DNA of 64,000 nucleotides, from positions 118,363 to 182,362 of the forward strand of contig CAYNHQ010000004.1 of NCBI GenBank assembly GCA_964397255.1, read 5' to 3'. Shown in pieces: positions 9,996 to 18,240 of the stretch. The stretch is from an uncultured bacterium. GTDB lineage: Bacteria; Bdellovibrionota_G; JALEGL01; DATDPG01. The notes below the pieces were generated by a model that was not told the DNA's origin, searched no databases, and was given only the letters and a program-made list of their open reading frames with translations. The position numbers were made by a program, and so were the translations under genes. The number at the start of each line of letters is the position of its first letter. Position 1 is the stretch's first letter.

Positions 9996-10142
9996 AGAAC
10001 CTCCTCTTAACAATTTTCGATACTCGCTTACCATACTCCAATCTCGATGTTTGGAAATTGAATAGCTCGATGGCCGCAGTTACCCTCGACGGCTTTACAA
10101 CTGCGTCAGTACGGACTTATCGGACCGGGCTGTTGTTGTGGC

Positions 10143-10297
10143 GCCAATTTGAAGTTCGCCCCAAATGCCGTACATTCGGCAGGTGATGGTGGATGTGAAG
10201 CTTCCGGATGGGAGTATCAAGAAAATAGAGACGGGAAAGACCGTCCTGGATGTGGCGAGGTTGATAGGTGCCGGCCTGGCGAAGACAGCCATTGCGG
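10143..10297 (+). repeat. thrS 5'-leader/start-codon copy A (displaced duplicate, ~155 nt)
   Basis: Near-identical to 18222-18376 (the true thrS 5' end). It starts at the shared boundary ATTTGAAGTTCGC and diverges after ~codon 45. Confidence 0.85.
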
Positions 10298-10640
10298 CTC
10301 TTCCGGAAAGAATTGACGGTGAGGTTTATTGGTGCGGTTTTGCTTCGAAAGATTCGTATGGTGCGCAAAGTTATTTTATCCGACGCAACGACGGCAATGT
10401 CTTGGTGGATTCTCCGCGGTATGCCGCTCCGATTCAAACGGTTCATTAACCGTTATCGAAAGGCAGTTGGAAGGAAAGGGCCCGTGGGATTTTGCACCGG
10501 ATCTTAAGACCATCTCCACACCGGGACATACCCAGGGACATATCGTCCTTCTCTACAAAGAAGATTATCTCTTTACGGGAGATCATCTTTCATTTTCTCC
10601 CCATCGAAAACATCTCAACGCGTTCAGAGATTGTGGATGA
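10165..10640 (+). pseudogene. Chimeric thrS'-metallo-beta-lactamase-fold fragment, frameshifted
   Basis: ORF 10165..10449 begins with thrS codons (MPYIRQVMVDVKLPDGSIKKIETGKTVLDVARLIGAGLAK) and continues into an MBL-fold sequence ('YFIRRNDGNVLVDSP'). A second frame, 10329..10640, carries the 'TPGHTQGHIVLL' MBL motif. Confidence 0.5.
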
Positions 10641-10714
10641 AAAGTCTGAGGAACAAGAATAAACTTCGCAGTGGCGAGTAGCTCCATTAGAAGTTAATAG
10701 GCCGACCCGGTCGC

Positions 10715-12217
10715 CTAGTGTTGGTACCAGCACCCGTCGTGCAAGCTGCCATCGTTTGCATCTTCTCCTCCCAAAATCAGGACATGCGGGTTGCCGCTTT
10801 TGTCCACGAAGTAAGCAGTTGCTTGGTTAAAGAAGCTGTAACCTCCTCCTGTTCCCGAGATCGTGTGAGATCCTGTAGCTCCATTAAAACTGGAGAGTGA
10901 ACCATCGGTTTTGATTTGGGCGTAGCTTTGTTCACTCGAGCCCGGTGAACCGCTATACAACCCTCCGCTTACCAAAATATAACTTCCCGCTACGGTCGCC
11001 GTAAATTTTTCTCGTGATTTGGTCAGGCCACTCGAATTCGCCGTCCAACTCTTTCCGACAAGTGATCCGTCCCGAATATTGATCTGGTTATAATAAACGG
11101 TGCTTTGTTTACTCGTGCTTGCGGATTGTGAAATCGGATCGACCGCAGCACTGTCTCCACCCAAAACGTAGAGATAGCCCGCCGAAACCACTAGCTGATG
11201 GTAAGCACGGGCGGCGGGGAGATTAACCAGCGTCTGCCAACTCCCTAGCGTTCCGTCACTTTTGATGTCTGCCGAATACACTTTTGAAATCGGTTTACCA
11301 CTGGAATTGTTTCCACCAACCACATAAAACCTTCCATGGAAAATCACGGCCCCTTCGGCGAAAAGGGCCTGGGGAAGCGCTGTTGTGGTGTCCCAAGTGC
11401 CGCTTTCACCGCTTGCGGGTAAAGTGCCATTGTCTTTTATAGACGAATAGTAAACCTTCGAGGTGGCCTTGCCTGTCCCATCCAGGCCGCCGAGAACATA
11501 GACATATCCGTTGCCCGTGACGAGCGAATTGAATTCGTTAGCCACTCCGGCCGCCGCAAAACTTCGTTTAGCGGGTAAAGCGGTCGTGGAGCTCCAACTT
11601 GTTTTCGCGAGCGCACCACTGCTCTTGTTCAACGAATTGTAATAAACCGTATCAACATTCGAAGTGTTGTCATCCATCGTTCCCGTTGAAGTGTTCCCTC
11701 CGAGAGCGTAGATGTAGGTGGTTGTTCCGATGGGTGTGGTGACGGACGAGAAACCTTGCTGTGCGGTCGGAAGGCTCGCTGTGGCCGTCCAAACAATCGT
11801 GGAAGGGCTAAAGCTCACGCTCGATACGATCAGAAAACTGAGTTCATTGCTGGTGCCGCCCGGCGTAGTGACCGAAACTTTATAGGTGGTACCCGCAGTC
11901 AAGCCGTTTGGGACGGTTCCTACAATGTAAACATTCGTCCAATTTTTATTTTCAAAATCGATCTTCGCCGAGGCCACGACATCATCCGTAGTGGGATTTC
12001 GAAAATCAACCGAGTACCCATCGGAAGGTGTGGAAGTAAGATCTCCAAAGTTGTTTCCGTCAATGATAAAGAGGCTACCAATCGTACCGCTTCCCGTTAC
12101 TCCTCCGTTGATATCCGTCAACGTAGGTGGCCCATTCCCGTCACTTCCGCAGGAATGGACGAATAAAACCAATCCGAAAAGAATACCAAAAACGTGAAAG
12201 CTTTTTTTAGTATGCAT
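10715..12217 (-). CDS. Cell-surface lipoprotein with IPT/TIG domain and Kelch-type beta-propeller repeats
   Basis: Lipobox 'FVHSCGSDG'. An IPT-like segment is followed by repeated Kelch signatures 'YVYVLGG', 'FYVVGG', 'YLYVLGG', 'YILVSGG'. Confidence 0.65.
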   Translation of the reverse strand: MHTKKSFHVFGILFGLVLFVHSCGSDGNGPPTLTDINGGVTGSGTIGSLFIIDGNNFGDLTSTPSDGYSVDFRNPTTDDVVASAKIDFENKNWTNVYIVGTVPNGLTAGTTYKVSVTTPGGTSNELSFLIVSSVSFSPSTIVWTATASLPTAQQGFSSVTTPIGTTTYIYALGGNTSTGTMDDNTSNVDTVYYNSLNKSSGALAKTSWSSTTALPAKRSFAAAGVANEFNSLVTGNGYVYVLGGLDGTGKATSKVYYSSIKDNGTLPASGESGTWDTTTALPQALFAEGAVIFHGRFYVVGGNNSSGKPISKVYSADIKSDGTLGSWQTLVNLPAARAYHQLVVSAGYLYVLGGDSAAVDPISQSASTSKQSTVYYNQINIRDGSLVGKSWTANSSGLTKSREKFTATVAGSYILVSGGLYSGSPGSSEQSYAQIKTDGSLSSFNGATGSHTISGTGGGYSFFNQATAYFVDKSGNPHVLILGGEDANDGSLHDGCWYQH

Positions 12218-12346
12218 ATTTCGTCTCCAGAAAGAAGATCTGCGAGAACTTTGGAACTAAGTAGTCCTACCACAAGAAACTCTCAAAAACTATACCAGCT
12301 GAATGTTCGACGAATAATGTGGCGTCAAATCGGCGTAAATTGCACC

Positions 12347-12360
12347 GATTTGAAATTCGC
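12347..12360 (+). repeat. Isolated copy of the array boundary/core motif (GATTTGAAATTCGC)
   Basis: Matches the left boundary shared by all thrS-leader copies (GATTTGAAGTTCGC) with no thrS sequence to its right. It is preceded by the inverted repeat AAATCGG-N11-CCGATTT and sits between two cassette genes. Confidence 0.4.
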
Positions 12361-12374
12361 TACAAGATCGTTGA

Positions 12375-12650
12375 TTATTTTTCCGACGTCGTCGGGTCGA
12401 TCACTGTGCGAACTTGGGAAATCTTGTTCGCAGGGAAATCCCCTTTTTGCGCATGCTCGCGAACCATTTTCTCGTTCGGGGCGATGTAAACGCAGTAGAT
12501 CTTGTTATCGGTGACATAGCTTTGGACCCATTGAATTTTGGGTCCCATTTCATTCAAAACATCACACGACTTTTGTGAGATGATTTGAAGTTGGTCTTTC
12601 GACAATTTACCAGCGCCCGGAATCTCTCGTTCAATGACGTACTTCGGCAT
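12375..12650 (-). CDS. DUF4242-family small protein (putative nickel-binding, SCO4226-like)
   Basis: 91 aa 'MPKYVIEREIPGAGKLSKDQLQ...WVQSYVTDNKIYCVYIAPNEKMVREHAQKGDFPANKISQVRTVIDP'. This matches the DUF4242 pattern as recalled from memory. Confidence 0.5.
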   Translation of the reverse strand: MPKYVIEREIPGAGKLSKDQLQIISQKSCDVLNEMGPKIQWVQSYVTDNKIYCVYIAPNEKMVREHAQKGDFPANKISQVRTVIDPTTSEK

Positions 12651-12806
12651 GTCTGACCTCCTGAGGTGTGGTGGTATACGTCGATTTGAGCCGGAATGAA
12701 AAGTTTTTAGTGACTCTTGAGGGGATACTCTTCAAAAATTGGGTAGAGGTCAGCTTCTTATGCCAATTGACACATATATAGGTATAAGTGGTATACTTGA
12801 GTCCCT

Positions 12807-13031
12807 ATGGCGCAAGTAACTCTTTATCTCCCTGAGAAAATGGAAAAATTCCTTCGTAAGGAGGCGGGTCGAAAGAAGAAGAGTATATCGGCATTTCTGG
12901 CGGAGCTCCTGCAGCAAAAAAGAGAACCTCAAGGGTGGTCGAAAAATTTTTTTTCAAAAATTATTGGTGGCTGGCGTGGGGAATTTCCAAATATTGAAGA
13001 ACTGCCACATCAAGATCGCGACGATTGGTGA
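12807..13031 (+). CDS. vapB: VapB-type antitoxin (ribbon-helix-helix/AbrB-like)
   Basis: 74-aa ORF overlapping the start of a PIN-domain gene by 7 nt. Classic TA organisation. Confidence 0.6.
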   Translation: MAQVTLYLPEKMEKFLRKEAGRKKKSISAFLAELLQQKREPQGWSKNFFSKIIGGWRGEFPNIEELPHQDRDDW

Positions 13032-13423
13032 GCTTTCTCCTCGATACGAACGCCTGCATCGCACTGTTGAAAGGGACCGATGCCGATCTTGCCAAACGGC
13101 TTCGTGTTTCGAAACCTGAGCAATTTAAACTCTGCAGCCCTGTCAAAGCTGAACTCTTTTATGGCGCTCGTAAGAGCGAAAGAGTGAATGACAATCTCGC
13201 GCTATTGACGAAATTCTTCGAACCCTTCGAAAGTTTTACGTTCGACGATAGTGCCGCCGAACAATACGGAATCGTACGAGCCATATTATCCCGTTCCGGC
13301 AACCCGATTGGATCCAACGATCTGCTGATTGCCAGCATTGCTCTGGCGCATGATCTTACGCTCCTGACCAAGAATCTCCGTGAGTTTGTAAAAGTACCTG
13401 GCCTAAGGACGGAAAGCTGGTAG
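13025..13423 (+). CDS. vapC: VapC PIN-domain ribonuclease toxin
   Basis: 132 aa 'FLLDTNACIALL...' with PIN acidic residues (D, E, D...D). It follows the small antitoxin ORF. Confidence 0.75.
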   Translation: MVSFLLDTNACIALLKGTDADLAKRLRVSKPEQFKLCSPVKAELFYGARKSERVNDNLALLTKFFEPFESFTFDDSAAEQYGIVRAILSRSGNPIGSNDLLIASIALAHDLTLLTKNLREFVKVPGLRTESW

Positions 13424-13819
13424 GAGTCTCCATGCATGAGCAGAAATGAGCTTTCGGAACAAACTAGTTTACAAAAATGCGAACAAGAGAAAATTTCCTT
13501 CCAACCAATCCCCGTAGCCCTAGAGATCTTCTCTCCTTTATGACCTTACGTTGATATACTCGGAACCGTGCGACTCGCAGCGATAATATGCGGCATCTTA
13601 GTTTGGTTGCTCAGCAACGATTTCAAACGTCATCTTATCTCTCGGAGTTATACTGTATTGTTCTTCGCTGGTCTCTTCACATTATTTTTTGTTCATAGGG
13701 ATATTTCGGCTCAAGGAATAGGTGGGGAGCCGATGAGCGCGGCCACTTTAGGCCTCTGCTACAGTCGAACGGTTACTCTGGAACATTACTAAAATCATGG
13801 AGGAACTCTCTGATTTCTG

Positions 13820-14050
13820 GTGAATGTGAGTGCTCGCATGTGTAATTTATACCTCTGTGAAGAAGAAGGAAATCGAACGGAAGTTGAGGAAGTTCGGGTG
13901 GTGTTTGCTCCGACATGGGAGCAACCACGACGTATGATGAATGGCGAAGACCAAGTTGAAGTACCCCGACACCCTGAAATCCATGAGAAGTTAGCACGTT
14001 ATGCCATTCTCAGAATTGCCGAGCGAAACCCCGGTCCAAGAAGGGGTTGA
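13820..14050 (+). CDS. Possible degenerate HicA-like toxin partner of the downstream HicB
   Basis: 76 aa. The C-terminus 'VEVPRHPEIHEKLARYAILRIAE' loosely resembles the HicA 'VTVPHH..L..GTLKSILKQAG' region. It sits immediately upstream of a HicB-like gene. Confidence 0.25.
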   Translation: MNVSARMCNLYLCEEEGNRTEVEEVRVVFAPTWEQPRRMMNGEDQVEVPRHPEIHEKLARYAILRIAERNPGPRRG

Positions 14051-14094
14051 TCGTTATACAAATATATTTGTATAATAGCCAAAGGATAGATCGC

Positions 14095-14508
14095 ATGCTC
14101 GCATTTGATGGTCATATTTATAAGGACGGAAAATTCTGGTTGGTCGAGATTCCAGGTCTAAATCTGATGAGTCAGGGACGCTCAAGATCGGAGGCATATA
14201 AAATGGCAAAAAGTGTCGTCATCGATGCCTCTGGAAATGGCCGACTGAAATTACATCTAGTAAAGAGCCCTGGTAATGGTTTTCTCATTCTTTCGGAGGA
14301 TTTCGACACCCTCATTCCTTTGCTTCTTAAAAAGCAACGACAGAAGGCGAATCTCACGGTCGCAGAAGCAGCCAAACGTCTCGGCTCCAAATCCCCGAAT
14401 GCCTACGGAGTTTATGAATATGGCCGGGCGAAACCAACGCTTAAAAAACTTGAGCAGCTACTCTCAGCTGTAAATCCAGAACATCAAGTAATGCTAAAAT
14501 GTGCGTAA
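14095..14508 (+). CDS. hicB: HicB-family antitoxin with C-terminal XRE-type HTH
   Basis: 'MLAFDGHIYKDGKFWLVEIPGLNLMSQGRSRSEAYKMAKSVV' matches the HicB/UPF0150 fold pattern. The C-terminal 'LTVAEAAKRLGSKSPNAYGVYEYGRAKPTLKKLEQLL' is an HTH. The preferred start is the internal ATG 14095 of ORF 14047..14508. Confidence 0.6.
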   Translation: MLAFDGHIYKDGKFWLVEIPGLNLMSQGRSRSEAYKMAKSVVIDASGNGRLKLHLVKSPGNGFLILSEDFDTLIPLLLKKQRQKANLTVAEAAKRLGSKSPNAYGVYEYGRAKPTLKKLEQLLSAVNPEHQVMLKCA

Positions 14509-14602
14509 ACCAATTGTAGAAAAACCCCAGAAGAACCCTACTTACCCACTCTGAAAAGAGAAGAACCTAATATGCGTCCGGTATATACCCAAACCAAAGA
14601 AG

Positions 14603-14667
14603 TGGCGGCGCAGGGAATCGAACCCCGGACCTAGGGCTTATGAGACCCTCGCTCTAACCGACTGTTG
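14603..14667 (-). pseudogene. Truncated tRNA-Met(CAU) gene: 3' ~65 nt only (D-loop to acceptor 3' end)
   Basis: Reverse complement reads AGTCGGTTAGAGC-G-AGGGT-CTCATAA-GCCCT-AGGTC-CGGGG-TTCGATT-CCCTG-CGCCGCC-A. The anticodon loop carries CAT, and the T-arm and acceptor 3' strand are intact. The 5' acceptor strand and D-stem 5' half are absent. Confidence 0.6.
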
Positions 14668-14877
14668 AGAACTTTCACAAAATTGCTGGAGCTATTGTGG
14701 ACGGAATGGGGGAACGAAAGAGGCAGGGTCTCGTGTGGAGTGGATTCGAGTGTTTTTGGAGGGGAGGGAGTGGAGGGAAACGGGAAATGGGGATCGGTGG
14801 GAAGGGTCAAAGGCGTTCGCGGCTGTGTTCGGAGAGGGTTTTGGTAGAGGGCGCGTAGGGGAGGGCGTTATCCGTTG

Positions 14878-15045
14878 ACAGTTTGATCAAATCCGGGGAA
14901 GGCGATTTGAAGTTCGCTGGAAATGTCGTACATTCGGCGGGTTATGGTGGAAGTGAAGCTACCGGATGGGAGCATTAAGAAAATAGAGGCGGGAAAGACC
15001 GTTCTGGATGTGGCGAGGTTAATTGGGTCGGGCCTGGCGAAGGCA
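14878..15045 (+). repeat. thrS 5'-leader/start copy B (plus 25-nt upstream extension shared only with copy C)
   Basis: 'ACAGTTTGATCAAATCCGGGGAAGGC' + GATTTGAAGTTCGCTGGAAATGTCGTACATTCGGCGGGTTATGGTGGAAGTGAAGCTACCGGATGGG... ~90% identical to the thrS 5' end for ~140 nt. ORF 14923..15237 is a thrS' fusion. Confidence 0.85.
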
Positions 15046-15927
15046 GTCTACCATCCTGCGCAAGAAGCACTCGCGCATCCCTCCTTTGTGGTAAGAAATG
15101 GAGGACGGGGCAACGGACCCGTCGGAATTCATTTTCAAGAAATCCATAACGGCATCACCATCGGTAGAATTCCATACATATTTCATCCTTCTTACGTCTT
15201 TATGAGGCATTCCATCGTACCAGTCTTCTTCGGCTAGGCTCTTCTCAAAAACAAGGGAAATATCGGGTAAAGCGAATTCGCTTAATAACTCCATAAGATG
15301 TCCCAAGTTGTCTTTGGTTACATATACAACTCTAGGAAGGTCAAAAGAATTACCAGGCACTTCAGTCACAAGAACGGTTCGGTTATCAACGTTCAGTAGT
15401 CGCCCGTGCTCCCGAATATAACTTGTCACATCTCCAAATGTGGGATCAGTCATGAACTCGTGTGCCGGATCCATGTATGATTCGACTTCATCCCACACAG
15501 ACTGAAGAAGGGTTTGACCCCTTTCTATGTCTTGAAAAAAAATATTCTCACCGCTGTCAAAGCGAGTTTGAGTGATACCAAGATTTTGTAATTTAGCCGT
15601 TGCCATCGCGTGGCTCATATTTTTTACGTCCGCGGAGGAGTTAACTTTTCCTTCCCCTCCAATTTTTTTGACGATTAAGGCAGCGATTGAATTCTCCTTT
15701 TCGACAAAGCAGGCTTGTTCAATCTGCTTATATTCATCAAGAAACAAGGGCCGACTTACTTCAAATCCACCTGCGGCCTCAAATTGCCGATGATCGAGCC
15801 GAGGAACATAATTGAGGTAGGTTGGCCCACCTGGTTTCGTAAAGTACAAATGTTCCGGAAAGTACAAATCGCTGGCCTTAACAGCTGCTGCCATTAAACA
15901 AATCGTAATCAATATAAAATTTTTCAT
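15019..15927 (-). CDS. Hypothetical secreted protein (302 aa)
   Basis: Signal peptide 'MKNFILITICLMAAAVKA'. No recognised domain. The 3' end overlaps thrS copy B on the opposite strand. Confidence 0.5.
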   Translation of the reverse strand: MKNFILITICLMAAAVKASDLYFPEHLYFTKPGGPTYLNYVPRLDHRQFEAAGGFEVSRPLFLDEYKQIEQACFVEKENSIAALIVKKIGGEGKVNSSADVKNMSHAMATAKLQNLGITQTRFDSGENIFFQDIERGQTLLQSVWDEVESYMDPAHEFMTDPTFGDVTSYIREHGRLLNVDNRTVLVTEVPGNSFDLPRVVYVTKDNLGHLMELLSEFALPDISLVFEKSLAEEDWYDGMPHKDVRRMKYVWNSTDGDAVMDFLKMNSDGSVAPSSISYHKGGMRECFLRRMVDCLRQARPN

Positions 15928-16039
15928 AACATCCCCTGTTCCAAGTTAATGAGCTGGTTCATTCAAAGTTTAGGCCATACCAGACTCTTGAAATTATGGT
16001 GTTTTTTTTTAGATCGTTTGATCTCCTCTGCGACATTGA

Positions 16040-16127
16040 ACAGTTTGATCAAATCCGGGGAAGGCGATTTGAAGTTCGCTGGAAATGCCGTACATTCGGC
16101 GGGTGATGGTGGAAGTGAAGCTTCCGG
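16040..16127 (+). repeat. thrS 5'-leader/start copy C (short, ~62 nt of thrS similarity plus shared upstream 25 nt)
   Basis: Same upstream extension as copy B, then GATTTGAAGTTCGCTGGAAATGCCGTACATTCGGCGGGTGATGGTGGAAGTGAAGCTTCCGG. Similarity ends abruptly. Confidence 0.8.
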
Positions 16128-16343
16128 TCAAGCCTTTGTTGCATCGATAATTAGAAGTCCTTTTTCTGCGCAGAACTTTCGAAGCGTCAAATTGATAAGG
16201 GTCTGGTAAGGCACGCCCACTTTTCGAGCCAGCCGTTGGTAAAATTTAAGTACGCTAGCGTCAATCCGAATGGTCTTTTGTACCTTGGCCGGTCGAAAAA
16301 ACTTCCCTCGAACTCCTTTTGAAAAATCATATTCCTTCTTCAT
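16128..16343 (-). CDS. brnA: BrnA antitoxin (RHH/CopG-like)
   Basis: 71 aa 'MKKEYDFSKGVRGKF...PYQTLINLTLRKF'. Located downstream of, and overlapping, the BrnT gene. Confidence 0.65.
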   Translation of the reverse strand: MKKEYDFSKGVRGKFFRPAKVQKTIRIDASVLKFYQRLARKVGVPYQTLINLTLRKFCAEKGLLIIDATKA

Positions 16344-16617
16344 AGTCTTTTTTCTCCTTTCTCGTAGCCCTTCGAGCCGAAATAATACGAATCACTTCTT
16401 CGTTCCCCTCAAGCACCCGATAGGTGTGAACCACCAATGTGACCCGGCGATCCATAGAACATCCAATGGTGACCCAGCGCTCCTCTTTTATCGATGACTC
16501 CGGATCGACAATTGAAACGTGAAGTGGGTCGTCAAAAACAGTGACGGCAAGCTCAAAAGAAATTCCATGCTTCCGAACATTTTTCTCCGCTTTGTGCGGA
16601 TCCCATTGAAATTGCAC
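16327..16617 (-). CDS. brnT: BrnT toxin (DUF497 ribonuclease)
   Basis: 96 aa 'FQWDPHKAEKNVRKHGISFELAVTVFDDPL...RIISARRATRKEKKDY'. This is the canonical BrnT pattern. Confidence 0.7.
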   Translation of the reverse strand: MQFQWDPHKAEKNVRKHGISFELAVTVFDDPLHVSIVDPESSIKEERWVTIGCSMDRRVTLVVHTYRVLEGNEEVIRIISARRATRKEKKDYEEGI

Positions 16618-16674
16618 ACACTACATTGTAGTTATTTTGTATGCCCGAGTCTACGCATTTTTGCAAATGGAGCC

Positions 16675-16875
16675 GATTTGAAGTTCGCGCAAAATGCCGT
16701 ACATTCGGTGGGTGATGGTGGAAGTGAAACTTCCGGATGGGAGCACCAAGAAAATAGAGGCGGGGAAGACCGTCCTGGATGTGGCCAAGCTCATTGGAGC
16801 GGGCCTGGCCAAAGCCGCGATTGCGGGAAAGCTCGATGGCAAAATCGTGGATCTCCGTATGCCGATTCGGGAAAA
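16675..16875 (+). repeat. thrS 5'-leader/start copy D (longest, ~200 nt, ~92% identity)
   Basis: GATTTGAAGTTCGCGCAAAATGCCGTACATTCGGTGGGTGATGG... through '...ATCGTGGATCTCCGTATGCCGATTCGGGAAAA' (thrS codons 1-~62), then it diverges and hits a stop. ORF 16694..16909 is a thrS' fragment. Confidence 0.85.
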
Positions 16876-16921
16876 CACCTCTCTACTAATCGCTCCGAAA
16901 AGAGCCTGAAAGGAGTTTTTC

Positions 16922-17578
16922 CTATCGACCTTGATCAAGAGGGCCATAATTATAATCAAACGCCTGTCTCCCCTCGATTTTGAAGTTACGCCAATAGGTG
17001 TCCCCATTAGCTAACTTAATGCCAAGTGCCATTCCTTCCCAAGATGAACAAGTCAGACTTTCATCCAATATGAGAGCTCTCACAGCTTCGCGTTCGGCGT
17101 AATTGTACATGCCCATGACAGATTGCGAACAAATGAAGGCGACCACAGATATTACCACCCATGGTGAGTTACCCATCCACATTGCCCATCCTCCGAGGAT
17201 TACAATAATCGCAGTGATCACGATGCGAATTTTAGGCCGCATCGGCTTCGGAACTGTGGGCTGCGATAGAAGGGAAATAAAAAAGAGAACTGGTAGAGAT
17301 GCCAATAATGACCAGTGTCTAAAGAGAATAATCCAACTTATGAAGAGTAAAATAGAAACATACGGTACTAGCATCAGGAAATTAAAATAAACCCGAACAG
17401 CGCGTCTTAAATGTTTGGACTGCGCCCATTGCAAAGCAGCGCTTGGTTGAACCGTCAAGAATACAGAACTGTTTAAACAAGAAGTCTTAAACTCATCAAA
17501 TGTTCGAAATGGGAAATTCAAAAGTTCACCGACATTATGAGCCCCTTCATGTTTTTGATTCATTTTTTTAATTTCCAA
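16922..17578 (-). CDS. Hypothetical integral membrane protein (218 aa)
   Basis: Several hydrophobic helices (e.g. 'VPYVSILLFISWIILF', 'IVITAIIVILGGWAMWM'). No recognised family. Confidence 0.45.
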   Translation of the reverse strand: MEIKKMNQKHEGAHNVGELLNFPFRTFDEFKTSCLNSSVFLTVQPSAALQWAQSKHLRRAVRVYFNFLMLVPYVSILLFISWIILFRHWSLLASLPVLFFISLLSQPTVPKPMRPKIRIVITAIIVILGGWAMWMGNSPWVVISVVAFICSQSVMGMYNYAEREAVRALILDESLTCSSWEGMALGIKLANGDTYWRNFKIEGRQAFDYNYGPLDQGR

Positions 17579-17701
17579 GGTCCTGTTTCAGTGGAGCAAG
17601 TGATTAGCAGCACACCTGCGAATGAAAGAACGAATGAATATGCTTGTCAATCATGTGTGAAGTTCGCTGGAAAGCCCTACTTTTGGCGGGTTAGGGGGGT
17701 G

Positions 17702-17932
17702 CTATTTAGAAAAGAACTTTTTCGCAGCGCTTTTTTCTATTCTTGCTTGTCGAAGGATAGAAAGAACGGTGCCCAGGGGAATCACTTTGTTTCCGTGTCG
17801 CGGAACAATAGCAGTGTCGCCGGACTTGTTTTGGAATGCGACGTGAGAGCCTTCTTGGCGCACGGGGACGAAGCCGAACTGAGTAAGCAAGTTAACGATG
17901 TTTCGATAGTTAAGATTAGCGAGCTTCGGCAT
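17702..17932 (-). CDS. hicA: HicA mRNA-interferase toxin
   Basis: 76 aa '...NLLTQFGFVPVRQEGSHVAFQNKSGDTAIVPRHGNKVIPLGTVLSILRQA'. This is the HicA/YcfA signature (GSH...VP.H....LGT...IL+QA). Confidence 0.75.
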   Translation of the reverse strand: MPKLANLNYRNIVNLLTQFGFVPVRQEGSHVAFQNKSGDTAIVPRHGNKVIPLGTVLSILRQARIEKSAAKKFFSK

Positions 17933-17941
17933 GCCAGCGAA

Positions 17942-18160
17942 CTACGACGCTAGTCGAAGTTGCGTGACAAAAACAGGATCCTTCACTTTCGAGCGGAGAG
18001 GTTTTTTAGCAGCGCGGAAGTAAAGACGAATAGCTTTGCGAAGACCGTCAATTGCATCTGGAATGGAATCACCCGCACTAGCGATATCAAGCTCGGGGCA
18101 GAGGGATGAGTATCTCTTCCCCTCTTTCCGGATGATAGCTGTGAATGTTTCGTTTCGCAT
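17942..18160 (-). CDS. hicB: HicB antitoxin
   Basis: 'MRNETFTAIIRKEGKRYSSLCPELDIASAGDSIPDAIDGLRKAIRLYF' matches the HicB/UPF0150 fold. The ORF-track TTG start at 18223 would run into the thrS leader, so the internal ATG at 18160 is preferred. Confidence 0.65.
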   Translation of the reverse strand: MRNETFTAIIRKEGKRYSSLCPELDIASAGDSIPDAIDGLRKAIRLYFRAAKKPLRSKVKDPVFVTQLRLAS

Positions 18161-18240
18161 ATTTTCAGTATAGGCCCCCCTCTTTTGGGGCGCAACGTTG
18201 CTAAACTTGAAGACTTGGGCCAATTTGAAGTTCGCCCCAA

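Noticed and set aside
10688-10706. GGCCGACCCGGTCGCC palindrome downstream of the Kelch lipoprotein gene
   Set aside because: It could be a terminator stem, but no adjacent U-tract lies on the relevant strand. Left uncalled.
12761-12800. TTGACA ... GTATAC/TATACT promoter-like sequence with a small palindrome upstream of vapB
   Set aside because: No combination gives a 16-19 nt spacer between a good -35 and -10. It is plausible but not supportable from sequence alone.
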